DNA of 63,904 nt, the filler included, from Octopus bimaculoides (Eukaryota): NCBI RefSeq assembly GCF_001194135.2. It is 7 parts of 6 records of this genome, joined end to end, with 100 filler letters (N's around TTAATTAATTAA, not from the genome) between each part and the next. Parts side by side here need not be neighbours in the genome. Positions count along the whole stretch, not along the records: positions 43,492 to 58,767 come from NC_068984.1; positions 58,868 to 60,339 come from NC_068987.1; positions 60,440 to 62,265 come from NW_026342965.1; positions 62,366 to 63,904 come from NW_026392246.1; 3 more parts are not named here. The stretch is one strand, 5' to 3'. The position numbers and the translations under genes were made by a program. The notes beneath the pieces are model-generated. The model was not told where the DNA came from. It ran no database searches and saw only the letters and a program-made list of their open reading frames with translations. Positions 52,510 to 63,904 of the stretch are shown one piece after another. The stretch's first letter is position 1, and every line of letters starts with the position of its first letter.

Positions 52510-53812
52510 TCACACAATTGGAGAAATATTATTTCGCCGGCTTTTCGATGAGGTTTTGTCAACCATTATGCACAAAAAACCCGACAACATTATGAAGATT
52601 CCACTTAATAATAATACGATTTCTCGACGCATCGATGAAATGGTCAACGATGTCAGACACCAGCTCATTAATATTCTCCAGCGTTCTGAATTTTCTATAC
52701 AAGTGGATGAGTCAATTGTTGTGGACAATCAATGTTTGATGATGTTATATATTCGGTATTTCAGCATTTCCTCACAAGATTTCAACCTTGTGAGGAAATG
52801 CTGTTCACAGAGAAATCGCCATTTGATTCAAAAGGTGTAACTATTTTTCCTACTCTCAAATCTTTCCTTTTTGAACATAATATCTCACTTAGTAATATTC
52901 TTGCTTGTGCGTCTGATGGAGCCCCTTCGATGATAGGAAGATCTTTTCTAAAGTGTGAAATTCCCCACCAGATACTAACTGTTCATTGCTTGGCACATTG
53001 GCAGCATTTAGTGGTAAAAAAAATGAACGGTAGATTGAATGATGTGCTACAGCTAGTTATCAAGACAGTGAACAAATTGAAGTCCAATCTCTTGTCTGAT
53101 CGAATTTTCCGTCAACTCTGTCTGAGAAATGATGAGGACTATACTAAACTCCTATACTATACCGAAGTGCGGTGGCTGTCGAAAAGAAACTGTCTTACAT
53201 TTTGTTGAACTGTCTCAGATAATCATAACTTTCTTTGAAGATACTCCACTATCCGCTTCATTGATGGCTGCAAGGTGCGATATCTTTTCTTTGTGATATA
53301 TTCACAAAATGAAATGATTTGAATAAATTATTCCAAGGAAATAGGAAAACTCTCGTTGATTGTAAATCGTTTATCATTACCTTCGTGTCGAAATTGGTAC
53401 TGTATAAGACTAACATTTCAAAACGTCAATTCCATCAATTTCCACAACTTGATTCCTTGAAAGATGAATTAGTTGATGAAGATTTAACTACATATCGCAA
53501 CTATGTACAACCATTGCACGATGACATGGTGGAGCGATTTCAAAATGTTATTGCGTTGAATATTCCAAATTAGTATAGCAATCCGTTTGAGCTCGATGTA
53601 GCCGATTGCGAGGACGGCGTTCTGGAAGAATTGATAGAATTACAAAATGACAATGACGCCACAATGCGATATCACTGTAATGGCAAAGAAGGTTTGTGGT
53701 ACCATCAAAGTATATTGAATTCCTATCCCAATCTGTGGAAACATTTGAAATTACTTTTTCTTGCCTTCCCTATCTCGTACCTTGTTAAATCTGGTTTTAG
53801 CTGTTACAAATG
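52510..53812 (+). mobile_element. hAT (Buster/Charlie-type, ZBED5/SCAND3-like) transposase, frameshifted
   Basis: IPLNNNTISRRI, FSIQVDES (first D), ACASDGAPSMIG (second D), VHCLAH (CxxH), LLYYTEVRWLSK (RW motif), YPNL...LLFLAFPISYLVKSGFS (dimerisation region). Confidence 0.9.
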
Positions 53813-54851
53813 ATGGTTGGTTACTGTAACCTTGAACGTTCAGTCATTGAAATAAGAATTAAGACTATAACATGGCCTTGTTACTACTGGAACCAGAAAT
53901 CAATTAAGAAACAAAAATCCTCGTGTTACGAAAGGACAAAAGCATTCTTGGTTGGAAAGAACGAAAAAAACTTCCTTGAACTTCACAAATAATTTAATAC
54001 AATTCAGAACAGGTAGGAATTCACCAATGACATACTTCGGTTGAAACGGTACATGAATGAGAAAGTGTACATACTGTCTTGCCTTGTCGCGTTCTGCGTG
54101 AGGAAGTTAAATGTACGAAAGTGAAAGAATAAGTCGCGCACATGGTGTACGACTTGATAATTTTGTAATACTAGGCTGCTCGTCGGAGGCATTCGTTTAC
54201 TTAGGCCACGTGTAGTAAAATNNNNNNNNNNNNNNNNNNNNNNNNNNNNNNNNNNNNNNNNNNNNNNNNNNNNNNNNNNNNNNNNNNNNNNNNNNNNNNN
54301 NNNNNNNNNNNNNNNNNNNNNNNNNNNNNNNNNNNNNNNNNNNNNNNNNNNNNNNNNNNNNNNNNNNNNNNNNNNNNNNNNNNNNNNNNNNNNNNNNNNN
54401 NNNNNNNNNNNNNNNNNNNNNNNNNNNNNNNNNNNNNNNNNNNNNNNNNNNNNNNNNNNNNNNNNNNNNNNNNNNNNNNNNNNNNNNNNNNNNNNNNNNN
54501 NNNNNNNNNNNNNNNNNNNNNNNNNNNNNNNNNNNNNNNNNNNNNNNNNNNNNNNNNNNNNNNNNNNNNNNNNNNNNNNNNNNNNNNNNNNNNNNNNNNN
54601 NNNNNNNNNNNNNNNNNNNNNNNNNNNNNNNNNNNNNNNNNNNNNNNNNNNNNNNNNNNNNNNNNNNNNNNNNNNNNNNNNNNNNNNNNNNNNNNNNNNN
54701 NNNNNNNNNNNNNNNNNNNNNNNNNNNNNNNNNNNNNNNNNNNNNNNNNNNNNNNNNNNNNNNNNNNNNNNNNNNNNNNNNNNNNNNNNNNNNNNNNNNN
54801 NNNNNNNNNNNNNNNNNNNNNNNNNNNNNNNNNNNNNNNNNNNNNNNNNNN

Positions 54852-54912
<61 letters not shown>

Positions 54913-55462
54913 TGATTAATTAAAACTATCTCTGCCTCTACATGTTATTTCACGATTATCAAATGACCGGAACAGACGTTTATGAGAAAAACGAGAGATA
55001 ACCTCAAGGATCAAGAAGTTCCCCAATGCTGACATGCCATTAAGTAAAAAGATAAGAGGGCGATCATGGACACGTTTCCTGCCTCAGTAGACACTATTAC
55101 TACGACACCCAAATGTAACCATATTGTCGCTCCTTGTCTGGGGAATACATCACATGACAGACCTCTACAATAATGAGTAACGAAAATACAAATGCTGATA
55201 CGTGGTGGGGGTAGTGATTAGGGGGGCGAAATACTTATAGTTTTACTAGTATCAGGTGATAACCATTAACACAGTCAGGAAAAAATTGTCTTATAGTTAT
55301 TTCACAGATATTGCCAGAGGGTAAAGGTTTGAGGCAGTGACATCATTCAAAAGCTACGAAAGGAAGACAAGTATTTTCATACAGTCACCATAGCCACCTC
55401 AAGATTTTTGATTGTTGTTGTTCATATACGTACATTATCATAAGAGAAAGTGACAGTATGTA

Positions 55463-55463
55463 C

Positions 55464-55527
<64 letters not shown>

Positions 55528-55873
55528 GAGAGGGGAGAGACGGTGAGAGAGAAAGAGAGAGGGGAGGGGAAAAGAGGGAGGGAGAGAAGGAGAGAGAGAA
55601 ATTTAGGAAGTCTGTTGTATTGACAGTAACAAGAATAATATACACACTGTTAACAATTAGAAGGTTGGGTCGAAGCAGCTCAAGGCTGAAGCGCCAATAT
55701 GTTTGTTTGTATGTACGTATGTATGTATGTACGTATGTATGTATGTATGTACGTACGTACGTATGTATGTATGTATGTATGTCTACGCATGTGTATGTGT
55801 GTGTATGCGTATGTGTGTGTATTTATGTGAATGTATATCTTTCTCTCTATTTCTCTCTCTCTCTCTCTCTCTG

Positions 55874-55930
<57 letters not shown>

Positions 55931-56045
55931 TTCTCACGAAAGTAACATGCAAGGCAACAAAAAAACCTGCCGCGTCCCGCCAAGCGTCTTATATTATAAG
56001 AAGCAAGATTTCTCTTACTGAAATAACACCAGCGGCAATAAAAAT

Positions 56046-56082
<37 letters not shown>

Positions 56083-56179
56083 CACTACCACTACTACTAC
56101 TACTGCCGCGCCGCCGCCGCCACCACCACCCCATCCCCACCACTACTACTACTACACGTAGTTGTAATATTAATAGATA

Positions 56180-56235
<56 letters not shown>

Positions 56236-56240
56236 CACAC
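55463..56240. repeat. Compound (GA)/(TATG)/(CT)/(CA)/(CTA)/(GTA) microsatellites
   Basis: Direct inspection. Confidence 0.9.
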
Positions 56241-56509
56241 ACATACTCATATTACCGTAGTTTCGTTAAGATTTATTTCAAAATATATTTTAATAACCCC
56301 CATTACTCATCATCTTAATTACCCTTTAACTGTTACTAATTCAACTTTTTCTACTGTCAACTTAGCAGTCTCATAATAATTATATCCATCAATCGATTTT
56401 TCAATTGACACCTCTTGATTGTGCAGTAAAAAACTTATAAGATACATATGTTAACTGGCCAAGCTTGCCTGGATTAATCGTTTGTTGGCCAATGACGCCT
56501 ATAGATGTC

Positions 56510-56660
56510 GGGTTTAAAGGCACTCCATCGCTTACGACGTCGAGGGTTCCAGTTGATCCGATCAACGGAACAGCCTGCTCGTGAAATTAACGTGCAAGTG
56601 GCTGAACACTCCACAGACACGTGTACCCATAACATAGTTCTCGGGGATATTCAGCATGAC
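56510..56660 (-). mobile_element. 3' part of SINE family D (further piece ~58270-58340)
   Basis: gatccgatcaacggaacagcctgctcgtgaaattaacgtgcaagtggctg segment recalled as a common Octopus SINE 3' region; gatattcagcatgacaca matches the reverse complement of tgtgtcacgctgaatctc near 58317. Confidence 0.65.
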
Positions 56661-56719
56661 ACATGATTCTGGATATTGGCTACACGATACTTTCTCTGAT
56701 TAACACAGAGTGTCACCAT

Positions 56720-57123
56720 CTCTTTTACTCTTATACTTGTTTCAGTCATTTGACTGCGGTCATATTGGAGCACTGCTTTTAGTCGAGCAGATCGACCCCA
56801 GGACTTTTTCTTTGTAAGCCTAGTACTTATTCTATCGGTCTCTTTTGTTGAACCACTAAGTTACGGGGACATAAACACACCAGCATCGGTTGTCAAGCGA
56901 TGCTGGGGGTACAAACACAGACACACAAACATATACACACACATACATATATATACATATACATATATACGACGGGCTTCTTTCAGTTTCCGTCTATCAA
57001 ATCCACTTACAAGGCTTTGGTCGACCCTAGGCTATAGTAGAAGACACTTGCCTAAGGTGCCACGCAGTGGGAATGAACCCAGAACCATGTGGTTGGTAAG
57101 CAAGCTACTTACCACATAACCAC
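56720..57123 (-). mobile_element. SINE family B, full length
   Basis: Reverse complement of the 15060 and 39819 copies from the tRNA head to the atgactgaaacaagta tail. Confidence 0.9.
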
Positions 57124-57186
57124 TTGTGCGCCTGTCGGTCACTGTTTAGTAGAAGGACGGCTTATTTCTAGATTAACCACTAACCA

Positions 57187-57342
57187 GCGCCGTCTTAAAA
57201 GTTTTATGGTCTCTGGATAAATCAATGTACTGAGGCGTATAGTTTCCATTGATGGAGAGTAAGCCATAGCATACCTAATTAGATCAGAATTGGGCTCCTA
57301 GGCCCGTGAGGACTCCCAAGTGTGAACATGTCTTCAGACGGC
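57187..57342. mobile_element. Possible small hAT-type MITE
   Basis: Ends cagcgccgtctt / cagacggcac are imperfect TIRs; internal gggctcctaggccc GC patch. Confidence 0.35.
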
Positions 57343-57704
57343 ACAACCACAAAACCCTATTTACGGAGGACGTTCTCTACCATCGTGTCGGAAGGAATTC
57401 TCTTTCTCGATCAAGATATACGATATAACGTCCAAATTAATCTATTAACAGAAGTTTATTAAGAGTTTTTCAATCAAACAACATACTAATTCAATAACAG
57501 ATCAATCAATGATCAACACTGTGTACTAATAGTCTTGAGAGCCTACATTAGAATATGATTTGCTAGATATAACGGTTAAACCACCCAGATATGATACCAG
57601 AAACATTATAACAGTGAAATGATAATAAAAGAGACGGGTTGATCTTAACAGAAATGTATGTATGTATCTATGTATGTATACATGTATGAATATAGTCTGT
57701 GTAT

Positions 57705-57742
<38 letters not shown>

Positions 57743-57755
57743 ACGTCTATGTCTA

Positions 57756-57802
<47 letters not shown>

Positions 57803-58223
57803 AATATATATATATATATATANNNNNNNNNNNNNNNNNNNNNNNNNNNNNNNNNNNNNNNNNNNNNNNNNNNNNNNNNNNNNNNNNNNNNNNNNNNNNN
57901 NNNNNNNNNNNNNNNNNNNNNNNNNNNNNNNNNNNNNNNNNNNNNNNNNNNNNNNNNNNNNNNNNNNNNNNNNNNNNNNNNNNNNNNNNNNNNNNNNNNN
58001 NNNNNNNNNNNNNNNNNNNNNNNNNNNNNNNNNNNNNNNNNNNNNNNNNNNNNNNNNNNNNNNNNNNNNNNNNNNNNNNNNNNNNNNNNNNNNNNNNNNN
58101 NNNNNNNNNNNNNNNNNNNNNNNNNNNNNNNNNNNNNNNNNNNNNNNNNNNNNNNNNNNNNNNNNNNNNNNNNNNNNNNNNNNNNNNNNNNNNNNNNNNN
58201 NNNNNNNNNNNNNNNNNNNNNNN

Positions 58224-58258
<35 letters not shown>

Positions 58259-58334
58259 TTATTTATCATTGCTCCAGTAGTACTTGTATTTCAAAGGGCC
58301 AACCTTGTTACTCTCTGTGTCACGCTGAATCTCC

Positions 58335-58650
58335 CTGAGAATGTGTGTGCGTCTGTCTGTCTGTCTGTCTGTCTGTCTGTATGTGTGCATCACAAAAATC
58401 CTGAGAACTACCGAACCGTTTTCATAAAAAATTTACACATGCCTTACTTAGGGTCCATGCAATGTCATAGACCACAATATTTTTCAACGTTTTGCCTAAT
58501 GCAAGCCAGGAGCAATCGCTTATCTCTTACACTATTTCAGTATTACGTGTCAAAAGTGAAACAATAACATCTCTATTATAATGTGAGATGATACTTTCAG
58601 TGTTAGTAGTTTCACTATTAATACTGAAACTATTAAAGACGGAAACTACT
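58335..58650. mobile_element. Helentron/HINE-like element (similar piece ~48925-49200)
   Basis: (TGTC)n followed by aactaccgaaccgttttcataaaaattt, the layout typical of DINE-1-like elements. Confidence 0.45.
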
Positions 58651-58867
58651 GTCTCACTTATATATAGGCATGCATACATACATATATGCATATATATATA
58701 TATATATGTATGTATATAAATATATCATATATATATGTATGTATATAGATATATATATGTGTATATANNNNNNNNNNNNNNNNNNNNNNNNNNNNNNNNN
58801 NNNNNNNNNNNTTAATTAATTAANNNNNNNNNNNNNNNNNNNNNNNNNNNNNNNNNNNNNNNNNNNN

Positions 58868-58909
<42 letters not shown>

Positions 58910-58984
58910 TTTTTAATCCCCCATCCAAGAACCCACACCATGAATCACAGCAGGGCACTACACAAACAGAAGAATACGAGATAA

Positions 58985-59110
58985 CACCAGACATACAGGA
59001 GAAGCCAAAAGTTATAAAAGTCATCAATATAACTGACAAAGAACTAACAGCAGACAAAATCATAATTCTCTCGAAAGTGCTGAAATTTACTCCTCCTGCC
59101 CAACGTCCAA
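58985..59110 (+). mobile_element. Penelope-like element N-terminal remnant
   Basis: KVINITDKELTADKIIILSKVLKFTPP resembles the V.N.S...L......L.KGLKF.P motif preceding PLE RTs. Confidence 0.55.
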
Positions 59111-59590
59111 CTACAACCAAATGAGGGTTGTTTAAGGATTTTGAACGAAATACGCATGTTTTCAAAGGTGAATTATTCAGACCCCAAAGAATTACTCTCA
59201 ACACATGGCTATGATGCTCCCACTACTACTTCTACTTGTGATCAGCGATGCACATATTGTCAGCTTCTAAGGGACATTCTCGACTGGTTAAGGTCAAGCA
59301 ATTGACAAGTAAATCTATGGTATTGAGCAGAATATTTTTTGTAGCTCAACTTATATACCAAGACAAAAACATGTACAGGAGAACACTTCCAATCAGTTAA
59401 GATCAGAAGCCATGTGAGCCACTGTCTGTTATCGTATCAGGGCACCATCATCATTATCACTATTATTAGTGGATGAGAGAGCAATGCATGCCAACAAAGT
59501 GATAATGGGGTACAAATATACGAAACCCGATATAGCCATTAGGACTACCTATCAGGTAAGGATGCACCAAGCAGAAACATTACAACCAAA

Positions 59591-59827
59591 AGGCGGCGAG
59601 ATGGCAGAAACGCTAGCACGCCGGGCAAAATTTTTATCGGCATTTCGTCTGCCTTTGCGTTCTGAGTTCAAATTCCGCCGAGGTCGACTTTGCCTTTCAT
59701 CCTTTCGGGGTCGATTAAATAAGTACCAGTTACGCATTGGGGTCGATATAATCGACTTAATCCCTTTGTCTGTCTTTGTTTGTCCCCTCTGTGTTTAGCC
59801 CATTGTGGGCAATAAAGAAATAAGAAA
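59591..59827 (+). mobile_element. SINE family A, most complete copy
   Basis: ggcggcgagatggcagaaacgctagcacgccgggc...gagttcaaattccgccgaggtcgac...gggcaataaagaaataagaaa. Confidence 0.9.
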
Positions 59828-60197
59828 CATTACAGCCATATGTGTGAGACATGGTGGTGGTCCCATATCAAAATAAAGAGAGCAGCGCATGATCTTGTAT
59901 GTGGAATAGAATATATATTCAATTCGGAACGATGTATAGCAAACGCAAACTCGTTCGGATTTGATCGCAGAAATGTAAAGTACCATAACTAAATGCAACA
60001 CAACATATTGTCCAATACTCTTATGATTCTGCTATTCCAGTTATATATACTCACATTGGTGATCGACAAAATGCCAATTAACCTATAACTTAGCTCCCAG
60101 GTGTTGGCCTATATGCCTCATATATGACAAACAGGAACGCATGCAGACATGTACAGGCACACACACGCACGCACACATATACGCACACTTTCATAGT

Positions 60198-60239
<42 letters not shown>

Positions 60240-60439
60240 TAGTTATCGCCAAGCCAACATGGCAGTCCCAAAATTAGGACGAAAGCTGCCGTGAATTAGC
60301 TCCAAGAAGCCATCGCCTCTAGCTAGCTATGTGACACACNNNNNNNNNNNNNNNNNNNNNNNNNNNNNNNNNNNNNNNNNNNNTTAATTAATTAANNNNN
60401 NNNNNNNNNNNNNNNNNNNNNNNNNNNNNNNNNNNNNNN

Positions 60440-60677
60440 ATATATATATATATATATATATATATATCTACTATATACATATGTATAATCTCTATATATA
60501 TAATTATAGTCCATATATACATATATAATATATATATATGTAATATATATATAAATATAATCTATATATATAATCTATATATATATATATAATCTATATA
60601 TATATAATCCATATATAATCTATATATATATAATCCATATATATAATCTATATATATATAATCCATATATATATAAT

Positions 60678-60710
<33 letters not shown>

Positions 60711-60726
60711 NNNNNNNNNNTATAAT

Positions 60727-60762
<36 letters not shown>

Positions 60763-60905
60763 ATATATATATAATATATATATAAATGTAATCTATATAT
60801 ATAAATATAATATAAATATAGTCTATGTATATATATATATATATATGAATATATATATATGAATATATATATATTATATATATAATCTATATATATATAT
60901 ATATA
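60440..60905. repeat. (TA)n and TATATAATC-type degenerate simple repeat
   Basis: Direct inspection. Confidence 0.9.
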
Positions 60906-61329
60906 CATTAAAATACAGAGATGCCTATAATAGGACATCTAACCCGCTAGAAAGAGCAGCAAAAAACTATACCACAAAAATAGGGATAATTTCGAAAGAG
61001 AATGAAAAATAAAAACTTTTACCAGTCTATACTCTGTACCATGGTTTCAAGTTATTTAGCAAGATAAAAATAAATCTTACTTGGGCAACTTTCTTCAGCA
61101 AAGTACCACGAACAAGCGAGTAAACACGAGTCATAGGGAAATACAACCCGCGTTTACACACTTAATTTTTCAAACTATACCGCGCATGTGCGCTTTAACT
61201 TATCGGTAGTAAATATAAAATAAATGCCGATTTTCCTTCAGAAATTAGCCAAAAAATATATTATATATATGTATTATATATATAATATACGTATGATCGA
61301 TATACATATATATATAAATATATATTTTA

Positions 61330-61620
61330 TATTTTATGCGCCCTCTTAAAGCCTAGCCAGGTTTCTATGGTGTATATGTTCCCCCCAGGTGGACGTGACG
61401 CCAGTCCATCACAGTGTTGCTCAACAAATAGGATAAAAGAGTGAGAGAAAGTTGGAGCAAATGAGTACAACAGGGGTCGCCACCAACCCCAGCCGGAGCC
61501 TCATGGAACATTAGGTGTTTTCGCTCAATAAACACACACAACGCCCAGTCTGGAAATCAAAACCGCGATCCTCCAACCGTGAGTCCTGCTTCCGTAATTA
61601 CTGGGCCATTGCGCCTCCAC
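61330..61620 (-). mobile_element. tRNA-derived SINE family D, 5' part
   Basis: Minus strand gtggaggcgcaatggcccagt...ttgatttccagactgggcgttgtg...ttattgagcgaaaacacctaa. Confidence 0.75.
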
Positions 61621-61731
61621 TATAATTGCCATCTGGTTCACCAGTCCTCAGTCAAATTGCCCAACCCATGCTAGCATGGAAAGCGGATGTTAAACGATGA
61701 TGATAATATATATAATCTTATAATCTCTCTT

Positions 61732-61767
<36 letters not shown>

Positions 61768-61930
61768 CAAATACAATATATATAACCTATACATATATAT
61801 ATATAATATATAATCTATCTAAGTACCTATCTATATATATATATATAATATATATAATCTATAAATATATATATCATATGTATAAGATATATATACATAT
61901 ATACATAAATATTACATATATAAAAACATC

Positions 61931-62265
61931 TTCATCGTTTAACGTGCGCCTTCCATGCTAGCATGGGCTGGATGATAACTGAGGACTGGCGAACCAAATG
62001 GCTGCACCAGGCTCCAATCTGATCTGGCAGAGTTTCTACAGCTGGATGCCCTTCCTAATGCCAACCGCTCCGAGAGTGTAGTGGATGCTTTTATGTTCCA
62101 CCGGCACGAGGGCCAGTCAGGCGGTACTGGCAACGGCCAAACTCTAAATGGTGTTTTTTACGTGCCACCTGCACATGAACCAGTTCAGTGGCACTGGCAA
62201 CCACCTCGCTCGAAAGTTCTTTCACGTGCCACCGGCACAAGTGCCAGTAAGGCGACACTGGTAAC
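61931..62265 (-). mobile_element. RTE-tail-type SINE family C copy
   Basis: ggatgcccttcctaatgccaacc core; homologous to 36662-36973; short extra piece at ~61630-61705. Confidence 0.85.
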
Positions 62266-62409
62266 NNNNNNNNNNNNNNNNNNNNNNNNNNNNNNNNNNN
62301 NNNNNNNNNTTAATTAATTAANNNNNNNNNNNNNNNNNNNNNNNNNNNNNNNNNNNNNNNNNNNNGAGAGAAAGAGAAAGACAGAGGGACAGATAGATAG
62401 AGAGATACA

Positions 62410-63125
62410 TACATTATACAAGCATACATTCATAAATGCATACATACATACAAGCATGCATACAAGCATGCATACAAGCATGAATACACACATACATGCA
62501 TGCATGTATGCATGCATATATACATATGTGCATTCATGTATGCATGCATACATATATTCATGTATACACATATATATATATGCATACATGTATACATACA
62601 TATATGCATACATACATGCATGTATACATACAAGCATACATGTATATGTACATACATACATACAAACATGCATACAAACATGAATGCATGCATACATGCA
62701 TACATACATGTATGCATGCATGCATACATATCTACATGCATGCATGTATACACACTTACATATATGCATGCATACATACATGTATACATACCTGCATACA
62801 TACATACATAAATGCATACANNNNNNNNNNNNNNNNNNNNNNNNNNNNNNNNNNNNNNNNNNNNNNNTACCTACATTCATACATATATGCATACATACAA
62901 ACATACATACATACGTACGTATGTACATACATACATACATACGTATGTATGTACATACATACATGTGTACATACCTGCAAACATACGTACATAAATGCAT
63001 ACATACAAATATGCATACATGCATATACATATACATACATTCATACATGTATACATACATGCATATGTGCATACATACGTATGTACATACATACATACAT
63101 ATATACATACATGCATGAATATATA
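62410..63125. repeat. (TACA/TGCA)n cryptic simple repeat
   Basis: Direct inspection; source of the MHACIH-type pseudo-ORFs. Confidence 0.9.
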
Positions 63126-63904
63126 GAAAGAAACAGAAAGACATGAAGGAAATAAAGAATATTGTTAACAGTTGAGTGAGAAAGAACCTAGTACTGTAAA
63201 GAGTGTTATAATAAGATATAATTTATTTATATTATAATAAAATATAATTTAAGCTGAAACATCACAAATTAGGACAATGAGTTTCACATTTTACCATAAG
63301 ATAAGAAATTAATCCATGAATATGCTTTATGTATCCGAAATATGAACCTCAAATATGTATGTTAACAATATTTTGTTTTTTTTTCCAAAGTGTTACAATG
63401 TTATCTAATGCCTAACCAGAAAGTAATTTAAAATATTTCAACAAAAGTCTAAAGTTTTGGTAAGCAAGATGTTGAACTTATGAAATATGTCATGTGTTTA
63501 ACAGAGCATTTAACAGATAAGTATTTTGACATATTTCAATAAAAATTTCAATGTATGGTAAGAAAAATATTAGTTTTTGACTAGTAAGTAAAGAATTCCC
63601 ACAGAAAAATATATTTATTTTTATTGAAATACAAAACTCACGACTATTGCTACTTTGGTTATAGAGTTTCAGTATGATTTGATAACTTCAAAAATGATTT
63701 TATGTTTTCTGATAAGTTTTTTTATGTTTTAAAGACCAAATGTGCTTTTATAAAGATGTATGAAAATAGTTTTTCGGATTTCTGAAATTATATTTATATT
63801 GATAAAATCTTAACTTGAAAGAACTTCTTCTTCCCCTCCTCCTCCTCCTCCTCCTCTTCTTTATTCTTCTCCTCCTTCTCCTCTTCCCTCTCTTCCTCCA
63901 TCTC

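Overview
AT-rich, microsatellite-saturated, heavily gapped eukaryotic genomic DNA. The SINE families, simple repeats and gap style look like an Octopus draft assembly (inference from recalled repeat sequences, not a database hit). No complete, identifiable host gene is visible. The window is mostly intron-like or intergenic sequence filled with tRNA-derived SINEs of several families and decayed transposons: mariner (4 pieces), a hAT Buster/Charlie-type transposase, a Penelope-like RT+GIY-YIG element, CR1/L2-type, RTE and R4/Dong-type LINEs, a Gypsy integrase fragment and Helentron/HINE-like elements. The most notable find is a pair of minimal type-I hammerhead ribozyme motifs (25162-25199 +, intact core; 24591-24629 -, G12 mutated). 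They lie in inverted ~110-bp arms that bracket a mariner transposase fragment. Other leads: a possible signal-peptide/C-C-CC-C-C small ORF (23270-23539), candidate minus-strand coding exons (5553-6324, 35060-35184), an in-frame (AAT)24 poly-Asn tract in the Penelope ORF, fixed-spacing CCAGT-N8-ACTGG dyads in one SINE family, several local inverted duplications and a 281-bp direct repeat. Element boundaries are approximate unless exact motifs are quoted. Most ORFs in the supplied track are microsatellite or N-gap artefacts.
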